IMG/VR virus record: IMGVR_UViG_3300029935_000001 | Location: 73,867 to 137,866 of that record | Reading direction: 5' to 3' (one strand) | Origin: a virus | Taxonomy: Duplodnaviria > Heunggongvirae > Uroviricota > Caudoviricetes | DNA length: 64,000 bases | Shown here: positions 29,872 to 39,623 of the stretch, piece by piece | Position numbering within the stretch: the stretch's first letter is position 1 | Layout of the letters: each line of letters starts with the position of its first letter | Made by a program: the position numbers and the translations under genes | Notes under the pieces: model-generated | The model's database searches: none | Told to the model about the DNA's origin: nothing | What the model saw: the letters and a program-made list of their open reading frames with translations, nothing else

Positions 29872-29895
29872 AAAAAGCCCCTTGCGGGGCTTTTT
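29872..29895. terminator. Bidirectional intrinsic terminator
   Basis: AAAAAGCCCC-TTGC-GGGGCTTTTT between convergent genes. Confidence 0.9.
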
Positions 29896-31766
29896 CACGG
29901 GTGTAGCACCCAAGTCCGAGTGCCGCAGTCCCATATTCGCAAGTATCCGAGACCGGCAGTGATTTCTCGTTCGGTTTTATTTGGGTCGTGACCTTGCTCA
30001 ACTAACTTAAATTTGGCCATTGAAAATCTGTTTTTTATTTCTCCAGTGGATGGGTGAAAATAAAAATAACCTGCTTTGGTCTCGTTAGTTAATGAAAACC
30101 CAAGTTTTTGGTACATACCGCCGGTACTATATTCATTATCTGAGTATGATGTAATGGTCGTAGGATGTTGCGTCTTGATAAAATGTTTTAGCAATTTTGA
30201 CGCACCCCCAACTACTGAACACGATGTAGCATATCTAACAAGTTCAAACCAGCAAGCGTTTTTGTTTTTTCCGCCGATACCAGCTCTTTTTCGCGAAAAA
30301 GTCATTACGGCTACAATTTCGCCTTTATATTTCAACCCATATTGAAATGGAGTAACGCAATAACCTTGGATATGATTTTTATCTAAAAACGGTCGTGATT
30401 CTTTTGTTGTTAGCTGTACCACTTGCGTTTGTCTGGCAAATACTTTCGGCGCATTAGAATGATTGAGTTTGTGACGAATTTTGGCCTTCCATATATCTTT
30501 TTTGGTGTCCCACGAATGACTAAAGATGGATAGCAGCAAAATACCTTTTGCTTCACATTCTTTGAATTTGCGATAATGGTATAATGGGTCGATTCGTTCG
30601 TGGCCATCGTGGTGCCAGAATAATCCGTTGAACTCAATTGCTATATTATAGTCTGGTAAGAAAATGTCAATTTCTTTTGGAGGAATAACTTGTTTTGAGT
30701 TACACACAATATTAGAAACTCCGAGAGATTCTAAAAATAAGACAATTTCTTTTTCAAACGAGGACCTGTATTTGTCGCGAAGATCGTGTATAGCAAGATA
30801 CTTATACACTGTGACTATATGAACTTCTAATTTAGAGGCTATTTCTTCAACAGACAACGCAGGAAATAATTCTAGAAGTTTTTCTTTGTCTCTAAGGACT
30901 ATGAGATTTGGATTTTGGCTATTTTCTGTCAAAACTCCAGGATTTCTAACCCCGTATTTTTCAAGACAAGTGCGTTTTGCTTTTTCGAGGTTATTGTAAT
31001 TCTCGTCGCCGTACCGAGCTTTTTTGGTTTGTTTTACTTTCGTTTTGTATTCGTTGGTTTTTGAGTAATATTCAACGCCGTGATTTTTAACGGTAGAATT
31101 ACGTATTTTATTCTGAATATCGGGGTGGGCAAATGGATTACCACCGTATTTTTTAAATAGCTTCGCCCTAGCTGCTACCATTAGTCCGCCGTGTTTTTCT
31201 TGCTGAGTAGTGAGGGCTTTTTCTAAAATTTCTTTTGACTGAAATGGAGACTCGACTCCGTAACGTTCTAAGTTAGTAGTCTTAATTTTTTCTTTAATAA
31301 TTGCCGAAGCAAACGGCGATTCAGCTCCATACCTTTCGAGGTTAGTGGCTTTAATTTTTTCTTTTACTTCCTTGGCTTTTGCTGCGTTAGTGCAGCCGTA
31401 TCTCTCAAGAGTTGTTTGCTGCATTTTTTTGAAACGAACAGCAGTTGTTTCTTTGTCTTGTTGCTGCCAGTTTTCTTTAAGTTTTTCGGAGTGATGCTCG
31501 CGGCTACATTGGCATTTATTTCTCGGACCGCAAAACTGCCGATACCCTTTTTCGAGCGTATTGAAACTACGCTTGTTATTATGCTGGCAATACGGTGAGA
31601 TTTGGTGCTCCCATAGATAAACTCGCTCAGGAACAGATAGGTCGGTATATTGTGCAGTTTCTTCGCAGATATGCGACCATAGTCCAGCATCGCGTGTAAT
31701 AGCTTTACAGATTAGTTTCGGCGGATATTTTTCTTTAAGCGAGTGATATTGTTGGATAAAATTCAT
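29895..31766 (-). CDS. Hef-like homing endonuclease
   Basis: TNLERYG repeats, EIDIFLPDYNIAIEFNGLFWH, VFAR...ELVRY...VVGGASKLL...RIWDCG; paralogue of 13433-15031; AT-rich. Confidence 0.8.
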   Translation of the reverse strand: MNFIQQYHSLKEKYPPKLICKAITRDAGLWSHICEETAQYTDLSVPERVYLWEHQISPYCQHNNKRSFNTLEKGYRQFCGPRNKCQCSREHHSEKLKENWQQQDKETTAVRFKKMQQTTLERYGCTNAAKAKEVKEKIKATNLERYGAESPFASAIIKEKIKTTNLERYGVESPFQSKEILEKALTTQQEKHGGLMVAARAKLFKKYGGNPFAHPDIQNKIRNSTVKNHGVEYYSKTNEYKTKVKQTKKARYGDENYNNLEKAKRTCLEKYGVRNPGVLTENSQNPNLIVLRDKEKLLELFPALSVEEIASKLEVHIVTVYKYLAIHDLRDKYRSSFEKEIVLFLESLGVSNIVCNSKQVIPPKEIDIFLPDYNIAIEFNGLFWHHDGHERIDPLYHYRKFKECEAKGILLLSIFSHSWDTKKDIWKAKIRHKLNHSNAPKVFARQTQVVQLTTKESRPFLDKNHIQGYCVTPFQYGLKYKGEIVAVMTFSRKRAGIGGKNKNACWFELVRYATSCSVVGGASKLLKHFIKTQHPTTITSYSDNEYSTGGMYQKLGFSLTNETKAGYFYFHPSTGEIKNRFSMAKFKLVEQGHDPNKTEREITAGLGYLRIWDCGTRTWVLHP

Positions 31767-31835
31767 ACTATGACCATGCTGTATTATTTATGACTATAAC
31801 ATAGCAAATAATAAAGTCGAGGAAATAGGTAAAAC

Positions 31836-31858
31836 AAAAGCCCCGCAAGGGGCTTTTT
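31836..31858. terminator. Intrinsic terminator, near-duplicate of the one at 29872
   Basis: AAAAGCCCC-GCAA-GGGGCTTTTT. Confidence 0.85.
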
Positions 31859-32199
31859 CACGGGCGCAAAATCCATTTCTTCTTTCCGCAATCCCATACT
31901 TTTAACAAGCCCATTTCTTTGGTTATTTGTGATTCGGTCAACTCGCTACTATATCCAAGCTGTATTAGTTTCTGTTTATTGAATGAGTACCTGTGATACA
32001 ACCGATGCTCATTTGGTTTTAAATACCAGTAACTGGGGGCAACTTCCTTGACTAGCGTAAACCCAATCGCGTTATACAGATTGCCTGTGCTCCATTCGTT
32101 ATCAGAATAGGAAATAACAGTTGCGTCTGGATAATCTTTTTTGAACTGTGCCAATAGCTTGCTAGCACCGCCGATTACTCGACCGCCGCAAAAAGCTAC
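31858..32199 (-). pseudogene. C-terminal relic of a third Hef-like gene
   Basis: The frame reads VAFCGGRVIGGASKLLAQF...SYSDNEWSTGNLY...KVWDCG; an in-frame TAG lies at 32200-32202 and no nuclease domain precedes it. Confidence 0.8.
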
Positions 32200-32503
32200 C
32201 TAAGTTAGTTGAGCAACTGGTGCAATTTGAATTATCAAAAGGCAAGTAAAATATTAGAAACTATGATTTGGTATTACCCAGCGCATTTACTGGTTAGCAC
32301 CTAATAGGAGTCCAGTGGGCTAATACTATTAAAGAACGAAGAGTGCGTTCTGCTTTGTGTAATGAATGATAGCAGTGGCTACACTAGCAATGTCTAGAAT
32401 CGACGGATGCTCTGTGAACTGCGGGCTTTTCTTTTATTTATTCTGTTAGATTACTAAAATTAGTGACTCTGGTAAATATTAGAAGGATCAGGAAATCATT
32501 TTT

Positions 32504-33646
32504 ATGGCATCAAGAATTCGGCATAAACGCAGTTCAGTCCCGGGAAAAATTCCCACGTCGCTCCAACTTGAAGTGGGCGAGTTGGCCATTAACTGTGCCG
32601 ATAAGGCTGTATATACAAAAGATTCATCTAACATTATAGTTGCTCTTAACGATTGGGAAAATATAGCCAATAGACCGGTTATTAGCACAGTCTCAGATGA
32701 ATTATACATAGGCGCATCTGCTCCGCCCGCGACTGAATACGCATATTGGTGGGATCAAAACTCGCAGATTTTCAGTGTCTCGGTTTCGGGTACGTGGCAA
32801 CAGTGCAGCACTGGGCCAGTTGGTGAGATAATCGATATTCCTGTGTTACAAACAAGAGAATATCTAACAGCAGACAGAACATATTATGTTGATTCAACGG
32901 GGTCTAACTCGAACAACGGACTAACCGCTGGTATGCCATTTGCTACAATTCAATATGCAGTTGATTTTGTAGCAAACAATATTGATTTAGGCGGCCGAAC
33001 AGTAACCATTCAACTTGCAGACGGCACATTCAATGAATCGGTGACTCTAAAGCAATTGGTTGGTTATAGCAGTGTAGCCTCAGTGGGAGTAATAATTCAA
33101 GGCAACCAGTCAAATATTTCTGCAGTCACCATTCAAGGCGACGGAGCAAGACCATGGGCAGTTGCATCAACTTCGGCCGAAAAAGGGTATTTGCTGCGAT
33201 ATATGCGAATACAGAATTCCGCCACTGCCGGAAATTCGCTTGTAGCAGCAAAGAATTCAGTAGTACGTATTTCTCAAATTAATTTTGGAAGTTCTGCAGC
33301 GGCTCATATGTTTGTATACGAAGGCGCCCAAATTGAAATATCCGGCGGCTACTTAATAAGCGGCGGTGCTCAGCGACACATGCTTTCAAATTCTAAAGGT
33401 AATATTATTTTTGTTACTGCCCAAACAGTAACAATAACTGGCTCTCCAACATTTTCGACAGTATTTGCTAGGGCAGCTCTCGGTGGTAGCATCATTTACC
33501 GAGCAACAGTTACGTACTCTGGCAGTGCTACTGGTAAAAGATACGAAGCTACGCTACTTGGGTTAGTAGACACTAATGGCGCTGGAACTTCATACCTACC
33601 AGGCAATACTGCAGGGACAGTCGGCACCGGCGGAATATATTACTAA
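32504..33646 (+). CDS. Tailspike/fibre paralogue 1 (KRS..GELAIN N-domain plus beta-helix)
   Basis: HKRSSVPGKIPT...GELAIN; RTYYV..GSNSNNGLT..PFATIQ.A beta-helix cap; TAAATA at 32473. Confidence 0.75.
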   Translation: MASRIRHKRSSVPGKIPTSLQLEVGELAINCADKAVYTKDSSNIIVALNDWENIANRPVISTVSDELYIGASAPPATEYAYWWDQNSQIFSVSVSGTWQQCSTGPVGEIIDIPVLQTREYLTADRTYYVDSTGSNSNNGLTAGMPFATIQYAVDFVANNIDLGGRTVTIQLADGTFNESVTLKQLVGYSSVASVGVIIQGNQSNISAVTIQGDGARPWAVASTSAEKGYLLRYMRIQNSATAGNSLVAAKNSVVRISQINFGSSAAAHMFVYEGAQIEISGGYLISGGAQRHMLSNSKGNIIFVTAQTVTITGSPTFSTVFARAALGGSIIYRATVTYSGSATGKRYEATLLGLVDTNGAGTSYLPGNTAGTVGTGGIYY

Positions 33647-33657
33647 GGACAATAATC

Positions 33658-34806
33658 GTGGCTCCAACAATTAAACACAAACGCAGCTTGGTACCTGCTA
33701 AAATTCCCACAACTGAGCAATTAGAAATCGGTGCGTTAGCAATTAACGCAGCCGATAAGATACTTTATACAAAAAATTCTGCTGGTGATATAGTAGCAAT
33801 CAATGATTGGGCAAACGTTCAAAATAAGCCAGACGTGAGTGCTTGGCAAGGCAGTTCGTCGTTGTTCACCGGCAACACTGCACCAAACGTTAACACGTAT
33901 TCCTTTTGGTGGAACACATCTACAAACACATTGTGGACCGCAGTGAATGATAGTGTAAACCCGAGAACATGGGTAGAAACTGTTACTCCGCAACCGGGCG
34001 CCGAGCTACACACAAGCTCAACATACCTGCGCGAAAGATTAACGACACAAAGAATATACTACGTGGCTACAAATGGTAGCAACAGCAACACCGGATTAAC
34101 AGAAACAACACCGTTTGCTACCATTCAGAAAGCGATAGATACTGTAGCAGCATTAGATATATCTACAGGGTCAGTTATAATTCAGCTAGCAGATGGGACA
34201 TATAACGAATCTGTTACATTGAAACACATCGTCGGAGCTGACAACACAGGCATAAAAGTGACAATTCAAGGCAATCTGTCAAACATGTCTGCTGTTACAG
34301 TTAATGCGGTTTCAAACGGATGTTTTTATAGTGCCGGAACAACCAGTTGGATAATTCGCAACATCAAAGTAACATGTTCTGTAGCCGGAACGTATTGTAT
34401 TAATGCTGCGTTCAATTCTGTAATACGCTTTTTAAATATAGACTTTGGGTCAGCTACCGCCGGCCACATTGGTGTGTTTACCGGGAGCCTGGTAGAAGCA
34501 ATCGGGGCGTATGTGATAAGCGGCAATGGACAATATCACATTTATGTAACTGATGGATCTGAAGCCAGAATTGTGAATACTCCTGTGACGTTAAATGGAA
34601 CTCGCAATTTTTCTACTGCTTTTTGTGGAGTAAGTAGATCGTCGTTGCTTTACGGGCAAGGTGCTACGTTCACTGGCAGTGCTGTTGGCAGTCGTTATTC
34701 TGTAGACAGATTAAGCATAATCAGCGTCGCAGGAGCGACTCTAACTTTTTTTCCTGGCAACATTGCAGGAACAACTAGCACCGGCGGTATTTATATTTAC
34801 AATTGA
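33658..34806 (+). CDS. Tailspike/fibre paralogue 2
   Basis: Same architecture as paralogue 1; GTG start after AAGGA. Confidence 0.75.
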   Translation: MAPTIKHKRSLVPAKIPTTEQLEIGALAINAADKILYTKNSAGDIVAINDWANVQNKPDVSAWQGSSSLFTGNTAPNVNTYSFWWNTSTNTLWTAVNDSVNPRTWVETVTPQPGAELHTSSTYLRERLTTQRIYYVATNGSNSNTGLTETTPFATIQKAIDTVAALDISTGSVIIQLADGTYNESVTLKHIVGADNTGIKVTIQGNLSNMSAVTVNAVSNGCFYSAGTTSWIIRNIKVTCSVAGTYCINAAFNSVIRFLNIDFGSATAGHIGVFTGSLVEAIGAYVISGNGQYHIYVTDGSEARIVNTPVTLNGTRNFSTAFCGVSRSSLLYGQGATFTGSAVGSRYSVDRLSIISVAGATLTFFPGNIAGTTSTGGIYIYN

Positions 34807-34816
34807 GGCTTAGCGG

Positions 34817-35956
34817 ATGACAACAATTAAATTAAAAAGAAGTTCAATTCAAGGGAAAGTTCCTACCACTGAGCAATTAGCATTGGGCGAATTAGCTATT
34901 AATACTACTGACATTGCACTGTATACCAAGGATACGTCAGGTAACGTGATAGCGTTAAACGACTGGAACAATTTACTTAACAAACCAGATTTGACTTCGC
35001 TCCCTTCTACTGCAAGTGTCTTTTTTGGAACTACCGCGCCGGAAATTGATGAATACGAATTTTGGTTCCACATTGGCAACGGGCGTTTATATGTAGGTCA
35101 GCCTGCAACTAGCGATAACGCAGCCGGGTGGACGGTGGTGTATAGTGGATCGCGTGGCACTTCTAACGTGCCTGTGGGTAATTCATTAGTGGTGTCTGAG
35201 CGGTTAATAGCGGACAGAACATACTATGTGTCTCCGCACGGCAACGACCGGAATGACGGGTTAACACCCGCTACTCCATTTAGAACTATTATGATGGCTA
35301 TGTCTGCGGTGCAGAAGCTCGACGCATCTTCATTTAGCGTAACTGTTCAATTATTAAAAGGGACGTATTTAGAGGAAGTTAATTTGCCTGTTGTAGTTGG
35401 GGCAACAAGCGGGTCAGTGTGCTCCCTCAGAGGAAATTTGCAGAATGCGACTGACGTGTTGATTAAATCGCCGTCGCCTGCTATAACAAATAGCGGGAAT
35501 ACTCTTTGGAAGGTAGAGGCTCTAACAGTAGAGTCTACTGCTGGCTCGGGAATTGTAGCTCGCCGCGGCGGAAAAATAGAGCTATCCCAAGTTAGGATAG
35601 GGCAATGTGCAGGGAATCATCAACTTCAGGCAGCGTCTGAAGGAAGAATATACATAACGAACAACTGCGATTTTTATGGCGGCGGATTTAGTTGTCTTTT
35701 CTCAAATGCAAATGGTGCAATAGTAATCTCCCCGGGAGTTACTCTGACGTTCTATGCTAATCCTGTATATAATACTGTAGTTGCTTGTTATAACGGCGCG
35801 TATATCGAAGCAGCATCTGTTACGTTAACCGGCACGGCCACTGGTTATAGGTACGTTGCTTCTGGGAATTCTTGTATATATACCGGTACTGGAAACGCCA
35901 CTTATTTTCCTGGTTCACTGAGCGGAGCAGCAACTAATGGAAGTCAATATTTCTAG
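34817..35956 (+). CDS. Tailspike/fibre paralogue 3
   Basis: Same architecture (KRSSIQGKVPT...GELAIN; RTYYV...PFRTI). Confidence 0.75.
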   Translation: MTTIKLKRSSIQGKVPTTEQLALGELAINTTDIALYTKDTSGNVIALNDWNNLLNKPDLTSLPSTASVFFGTTAPEIDEYEFWFHIGNGRLYVGQPATSDNAAGWTVVYSGSRGTSNVPVGNSLVVSERLIADRTYYVSPHGNDRNDGLTPATPFRTIMMAMSAVQKLDASSFSVTVQLLKGTYLEEVNLPVVVGATSGSVCSLRGNLQNATDVLIKSPSPAITNSGNTLWKVEALTVESTAGSGIVARRGGKIELSQVRIGQCAGNHQLQAASEGRIYITNNCDFYGGGFSCLFSNANGAIVISPGVTLTFYANPVYNTVVACYNGAYIEAASVTLTGTATGYRYVASGNSCIYTGTGNATYFPGSLSGAATNGSQYF

Positions 35957-36021
35957 GCTCTGAATAAATAAAAGAGTAAGTATGCTTTGCATATTTTTAC
36001 ATTATTTTAAAGGAGCCGACT

Positions 36022-36978
36022 ATGGCAAGCATCAAACATAAACGATCCGCAGTTCCGGGTAAAATTCCTACTGCACTTCAGTTAGCCGCTGGAGAAATTG
36101 CAGTTAACACCGCCGATAAGTTACTTTACATTAAAGATTCGAGTAATAGTGTAGTAGCGATTAACGACTGGGCAAATATTGCTAATAAGCCATTGGATTT
36201 TGGTGGGTCAGGGTCTGGGCGCGAATTACTCACAGAACCTCGAACGTACTATGTTAGTACCACAGGTAATAATGCCAACAATGGGTTGACAGCAGGCACC
36301 CCGTTTCAGACTATTCAACATGCTGTAAACGTAGTTCAGAATCTTGACTTGAGCACCCACAACGTAATAATTCAATTAGCTGATGGGTCATACGCAGAAA
36401 ACGTATTGCTTCGTAATACCATTGGCGCAGGTCTTCCGATTATTCGCGGAAATTTAGCCACACCGGGAAACGTGTCTCTATCCGGTCCGGCCGGATCAAC
36501 CTTAATCTCAGTGAACCGCGGGGGCATGTGGAACGTACAAGGGATGTCGTTTACTGGTGGAGCAATTCACCTAGCCTGTGATGGTTTGAGTTTATTGTCG
36601 TTCCGCGATGTGCGCTTTGGTGCTGCTAGTGGCAGTCATATTGTTTGCTACAGCGGCCGAGTTCAATGTACAGGGTCGTATACAATTACTGCCGCAGCTA
36701 CAGCATATCACATCAATGTTACAGGAACGGCAGCAGATTACATGTGTTCGGGTTCTGGGTTTGTAGTGACAGTTAACAGCAATCCAGTGTTTAATACATT
36801 CCTTAATGTCTCAACTGGGGGCACTGCTACCTTCTTTGGTACCACATTCTCTGGTGCAGCAAGCGGCAAGCGCTATAATGTTGAACTTAATGCTGCTATC
36901 CAAACTTTTGGGGCTGGCGCATCGTTTATACCTGGCACTATTGCAGGAACAGCAATAACCGGCGGCCAGTACGCGTAA
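36022..36978 (+). CDS. Tailspike/fibre paralogue 4 (short linker)
   Basis: Same architecture without the middle Trp-rich domain; has its own TAAATA at 35965. Confidence 0.75.
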   Translation: MASIKHKRSAVPGKIPTALQLAAGEIAVNTADKLLYIKDSSNSVVAINDWANIANKPLDFGGSGSGRELLTEPRTYYVSTTGNNANNGLTAGTPFQTIQHAVNVVQNLDLSTHNVIIQLADGSYAENVLLRNTIGAGLPIIRGNLATPGNVSLSGPAGSTLISVNRGGMWNVQGMSFTGGAIHLACDGLSLLSFRDVRFGAASGSHIVCYSGRVQCTGSYTITAAATAYHINVTGTAADYMCSGSGFVVTVNSNPVFNTFLNVSTGGTATFFGTTFSGAASGKRYNVELNAAIQTFGAGASFIPGTIAGTAITGGQYA

Positions 36979-37053
36979 ATACACAGTTCGCCACAAAATG
37001 GTTTATGCAGACCCACTGCGTATAGCCTAGAACGCTAATTAAAGGAGAAACAA

Positions 37054-37515
37054 ATGGGAAGACCACTAAAAGTAGCAAAAGGCGAGAATAAAAGCTCGGC
37101 ATTCAACAATCCAGCAGGTATTACAAACACCTATGGTGTAGTCGGCGGGAATATTTTAATCCCTGGCACTCAAATTGTTTGCCGTGTGAAGGTTGGCGAA
37201 AACGCCGAATCTGTCGGATCGATTATTCGTCAGAAAGGGCGCGCTAAGTTTTTAGTTGAAGATGCCAGTGGCAACCGTGGCATCTGCACGTTGTCAGATT
37301 TGGCCGACGGCTCGTTAACAGCCAACACCATGACAGTTACAACGTCAGTTGGTCGATTGTCTCGAATTACGAACCGCTGGGGACATGGTTTCGACGGCAC
37401 CAAGTATTTGCTGTCGTTTAACGCTATAGCACCTGGCGCAACCGTGTATCCGACGGCTACTGTAGCATTCGACATCCCACCGGGGTCTATCGACGATGGC
37501 AGCACCATCATTTAA
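37054..37515 (+). CDS. Virion structural protein, hypothetical
   Basis: AAGGAG RBS, TAAATA at 36976; MGRPLK start and IIRQKG motif. Confidence 0.65.
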   Translation: MGRPLKVAKGENKSSAFNNPAGITNTYGVVGGNILIPGTQIVCRVKVGENAESVGSIIRQKGRAKFLVEDASGNRGICTLSDLADGSLTANTMTVTTSVGRLSRITNRWGHGFDGTKYLLSFNAIAPGATVYPTATVAFDIPPGSIDDGSTII

Positions 37516-37570
37516 CTACGCATAAAATACTGCCGAAAAACTCCCAGTGTAAATACATTGGGAGTTTTTT

Positions 37571-38143
37571 ATGATTATAGGGTTTGTTTTAGGCAACGGC
37601 AGCAGCCGCAAAGATATCGACCTCGACGTTTTAAAAGAAAAGGGGTTGCTCTACGGATGTAACGCGTTATATCGCGATTATATCCCTGACGTGTTAGTAG
37701 CCACCGATAAGCTAATTTCTACTGAAATCCAAAAGATTGGCTACAGTAAAAGGCATAGATTTTACACGCGCGTCCCTGAGGATGGCAAGGGTGCGTATCC
37801 TGTTCCTGCCCAATACTACGGGTTTAGTTCAGGTCCGATAGCGGTTGCGTTAGCTGCGCAGTATTGCGATGTTATTTTTATGTTAGGGTTTGATTTCGGC
37901 AGTGTCGACGGCGCGCGATTTAATAATGTTTATGCTGACACTCCCTTTTACAAAAAGTCAACTGACCCTGCTACACCAGGCGAAAACTGGATAAAGCAAA
38001 TTACAAAAATCGCCGGCGATTTTCCAAACACATCTTTTGTTCGCGTAGTGTCTGACAGCAGTAAGTTTGTAGAGTTAAACCATATAAAGAATTTAGAAAC
38101 ACTGCCACTGAAATCGTTTTCCAAACTGCTAAATACGCTATAG
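37571..38143 (+). CDS. Maf/MptE-like (sialyltransferase-fold) putative glycosyltransferase
   Basis: VLGNGSSR, YGCNALYR, DVLVATD, SSGPIA, FMLGFD. Confidence 0.6.
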   Translation: MIIGFVLGNGSSRKDIDLDVLKEKGLLYGCNALYRDYIPDVLVATDKLISTEIQKIGYSKRHRFYTRVPEDGKGAYPVPAQYYGFSSGPIAVALAAQYCDVIFMLGFDFGSVDGARFNNVYADTPFYKKSTDPATPGENWIKQITKIAGDFPNTSFVRVVSDSSKFVELNHIKNLETLPLKSFSKLLNTL

Positions 38144-38153
38144 AGGAATAATA

Positions 38154-38807
38154 ATGGCCACAGTTAAACGATTATCGGGTGATTATAGCATAGTCACAGT
38201 CGGCTCCGACGACAATGTTAATATTCAAACTCGCACGGTAAACATCGACGGCAATCTAAATGTTGTAGGCAATGTGCAGTTTGTTGGATCAATCACCGAC
38301 ATTCAAGTTCAAGAAGCTACTATTTCGGATCCGATAATCACCGTCGGCGCCGGCAACGACGGTCTTTTTACAGCTCTCGGCATCGAAGTGGTAAAAAATC
38401 AAAGTTTAGGGTCTAAAGCCGGCCTCCGATGGAACACTTTGTCAGATCACTGGGAAATCAGTAAAGATAACATTGTATGGCACCCAATTGGTGCGTCGGG
38501 GTTGTTGATAGACGACCCAAGCCCGACACTGTCGGCTCCGTTAAACACCAACAATCAGGCTATTACCGGACCAAACGACGTAACTATTTCGCCGACATCA
38601 ACCATTGTTAATATCAATGCTTCGCTAAAGCTTCCTCACCAAACACTTGCGCCGGCTGCTGCTGTGGATTACACTATAGTCTATGCGCAAGCAATGAAAG
38701 AAGGTGGCACCGCACTGTATGTTTCGACATATGATTCGGCGTTAAATGAAGTCAAAGACGAACTGGTGAGTAAGTCGAAGGCTATTATATATTCGATAAT
38801 ATTTTAA
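38154..38807 (+). CDS. Virion structural protein
   Basis: IDGNLNVVG...ISDPIITV fibre-type motif; TAAATA at 38130. Confidence 0.6.
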   Translation: MATVKRLSGDYSIVTVGSDDNVNIQTRTVNIDGNLNVVGNVQFVGSITDIQVQEATISDPIITVGAGNDGLFTALGIEVVKNQSLGSKAGLRWNTLSDHWEISKDNIVWHPIGASGLLIDDPSPTLSAPLNTNNQAITGPNDVTISPTSTIVNINASLKLPHQTLAPAAAVDYTIVYAQAMKEGGTALYVSTYDSALNEVKDELVSKSKAIIYSIIF

Positions 38808-38816
38808 GGATTAACT

Positions 38817-39131
38817 ATGGCAATCGCTAATACGCTTGTTGGTTCGGGCTCGAACACGATATTTTTGAGTTCTGGAAATACCGCAATTACATTTATGTCG
38901 TTGTGCAATACGCTGTCAGACTCAGTGACAGTGAGTGTTTACATTGTGCCGGCAGGCCAAACCCCGCTACCGCAGCATCTAATTGTGACAGATTTACTAA
39001 TAGCCAGCAAAGACACATATATGTTTTACCATGCTGCTGAAAAAATTATTTTGTCTGATGGTGACTACGTTTATGTTGCCAGTTCCGACAACGATGCTAT
39101 TGCCGCTTTCGTAAGTTACACAGGATTCTAA
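38817..39131 (+). CDS. Small beta-rich structural protein
   Basis: 104 aa, AAGGA RBS, in the late operon. Confidence 0.6.
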   Translation: MAIANTLVGSGSNTIFLSSGNTAITFMSLCNTLSDSVTVSVYIVPAGQTPLPQHLIVTDLLIASKDTYMFYHAAEKIILSDGDYVYVASSDNDAIAAFVSYTGF

Positions 39132-39132
39132 G

Positions 39133-39600
39133 ATGGGCTACATGGTAAAAAACCGGCGAATTCAAGCAGGAGATTCGAGCATTGTGGCCCCTAAAGGCCC
39201 GACTGCGCATCGCCCGTTTGATCCAGTGCCAGGACAAATCCGATATAATGAAGATTTGTGTAAGTTTGAATATTATACCGGATCGGGGTATAGAATAATT
39301 GCAACCGAAGGCAAAACTAACCTTACGGTTGATACTTTTCTCGCCGACGGTAGTAGTGCCTGGTTTTCGGGTCTGTCGTATAATGTTGAAAATGCCAGCG
39401 ATGTTTTAGTCTTTGTTGGTCATTTATACCAAATCCCTAACGAAAGTTATACCGTTGACGGAACAGATACAATTTACTTTGCAGAAGTAGTTCCGCCGGG
39501 AGTTAACGTAAGCGTTATACATAATTTAGGCACTACAACCACTGCTGGTTGCGCTATAGGGCCCGGCCCCGGCGCGATAGGGCCCGGCGTACCGCTCTAA
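39133..39600 (+). CDS. Structural protein (fibre/baseplate accessory domain)
   Basis: PKGPTAHRP..GQIRYN and LVFVGHLYQIP module shared with the next two genes. Confidence 0.6.
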   Translation: MGYMVKNRRIQAGDSSIVAPKGPTAHRPFDPVPGQIRYNEDLCKFEYYTGSGYRIIATEGKTNLTVDTFLADGSSAWFSGLSYNVENASDVLVFVGHLYQIPNESYTVDGTDTIYFAEVVPPGVNVSVIHNLGTTTTAGCAIGPGPGAIGPGVPL

Positions 39601-39623
39601 TTTTAAGCACTCAAGGATTGAAA

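Noticed and set aside
39553-39592. GC-rich short tandem repeat (AIGPGPG-AIGPG)
   Set aside because: Two imperfect copies encoding a C-terminal tail; no evidence of a separate function.
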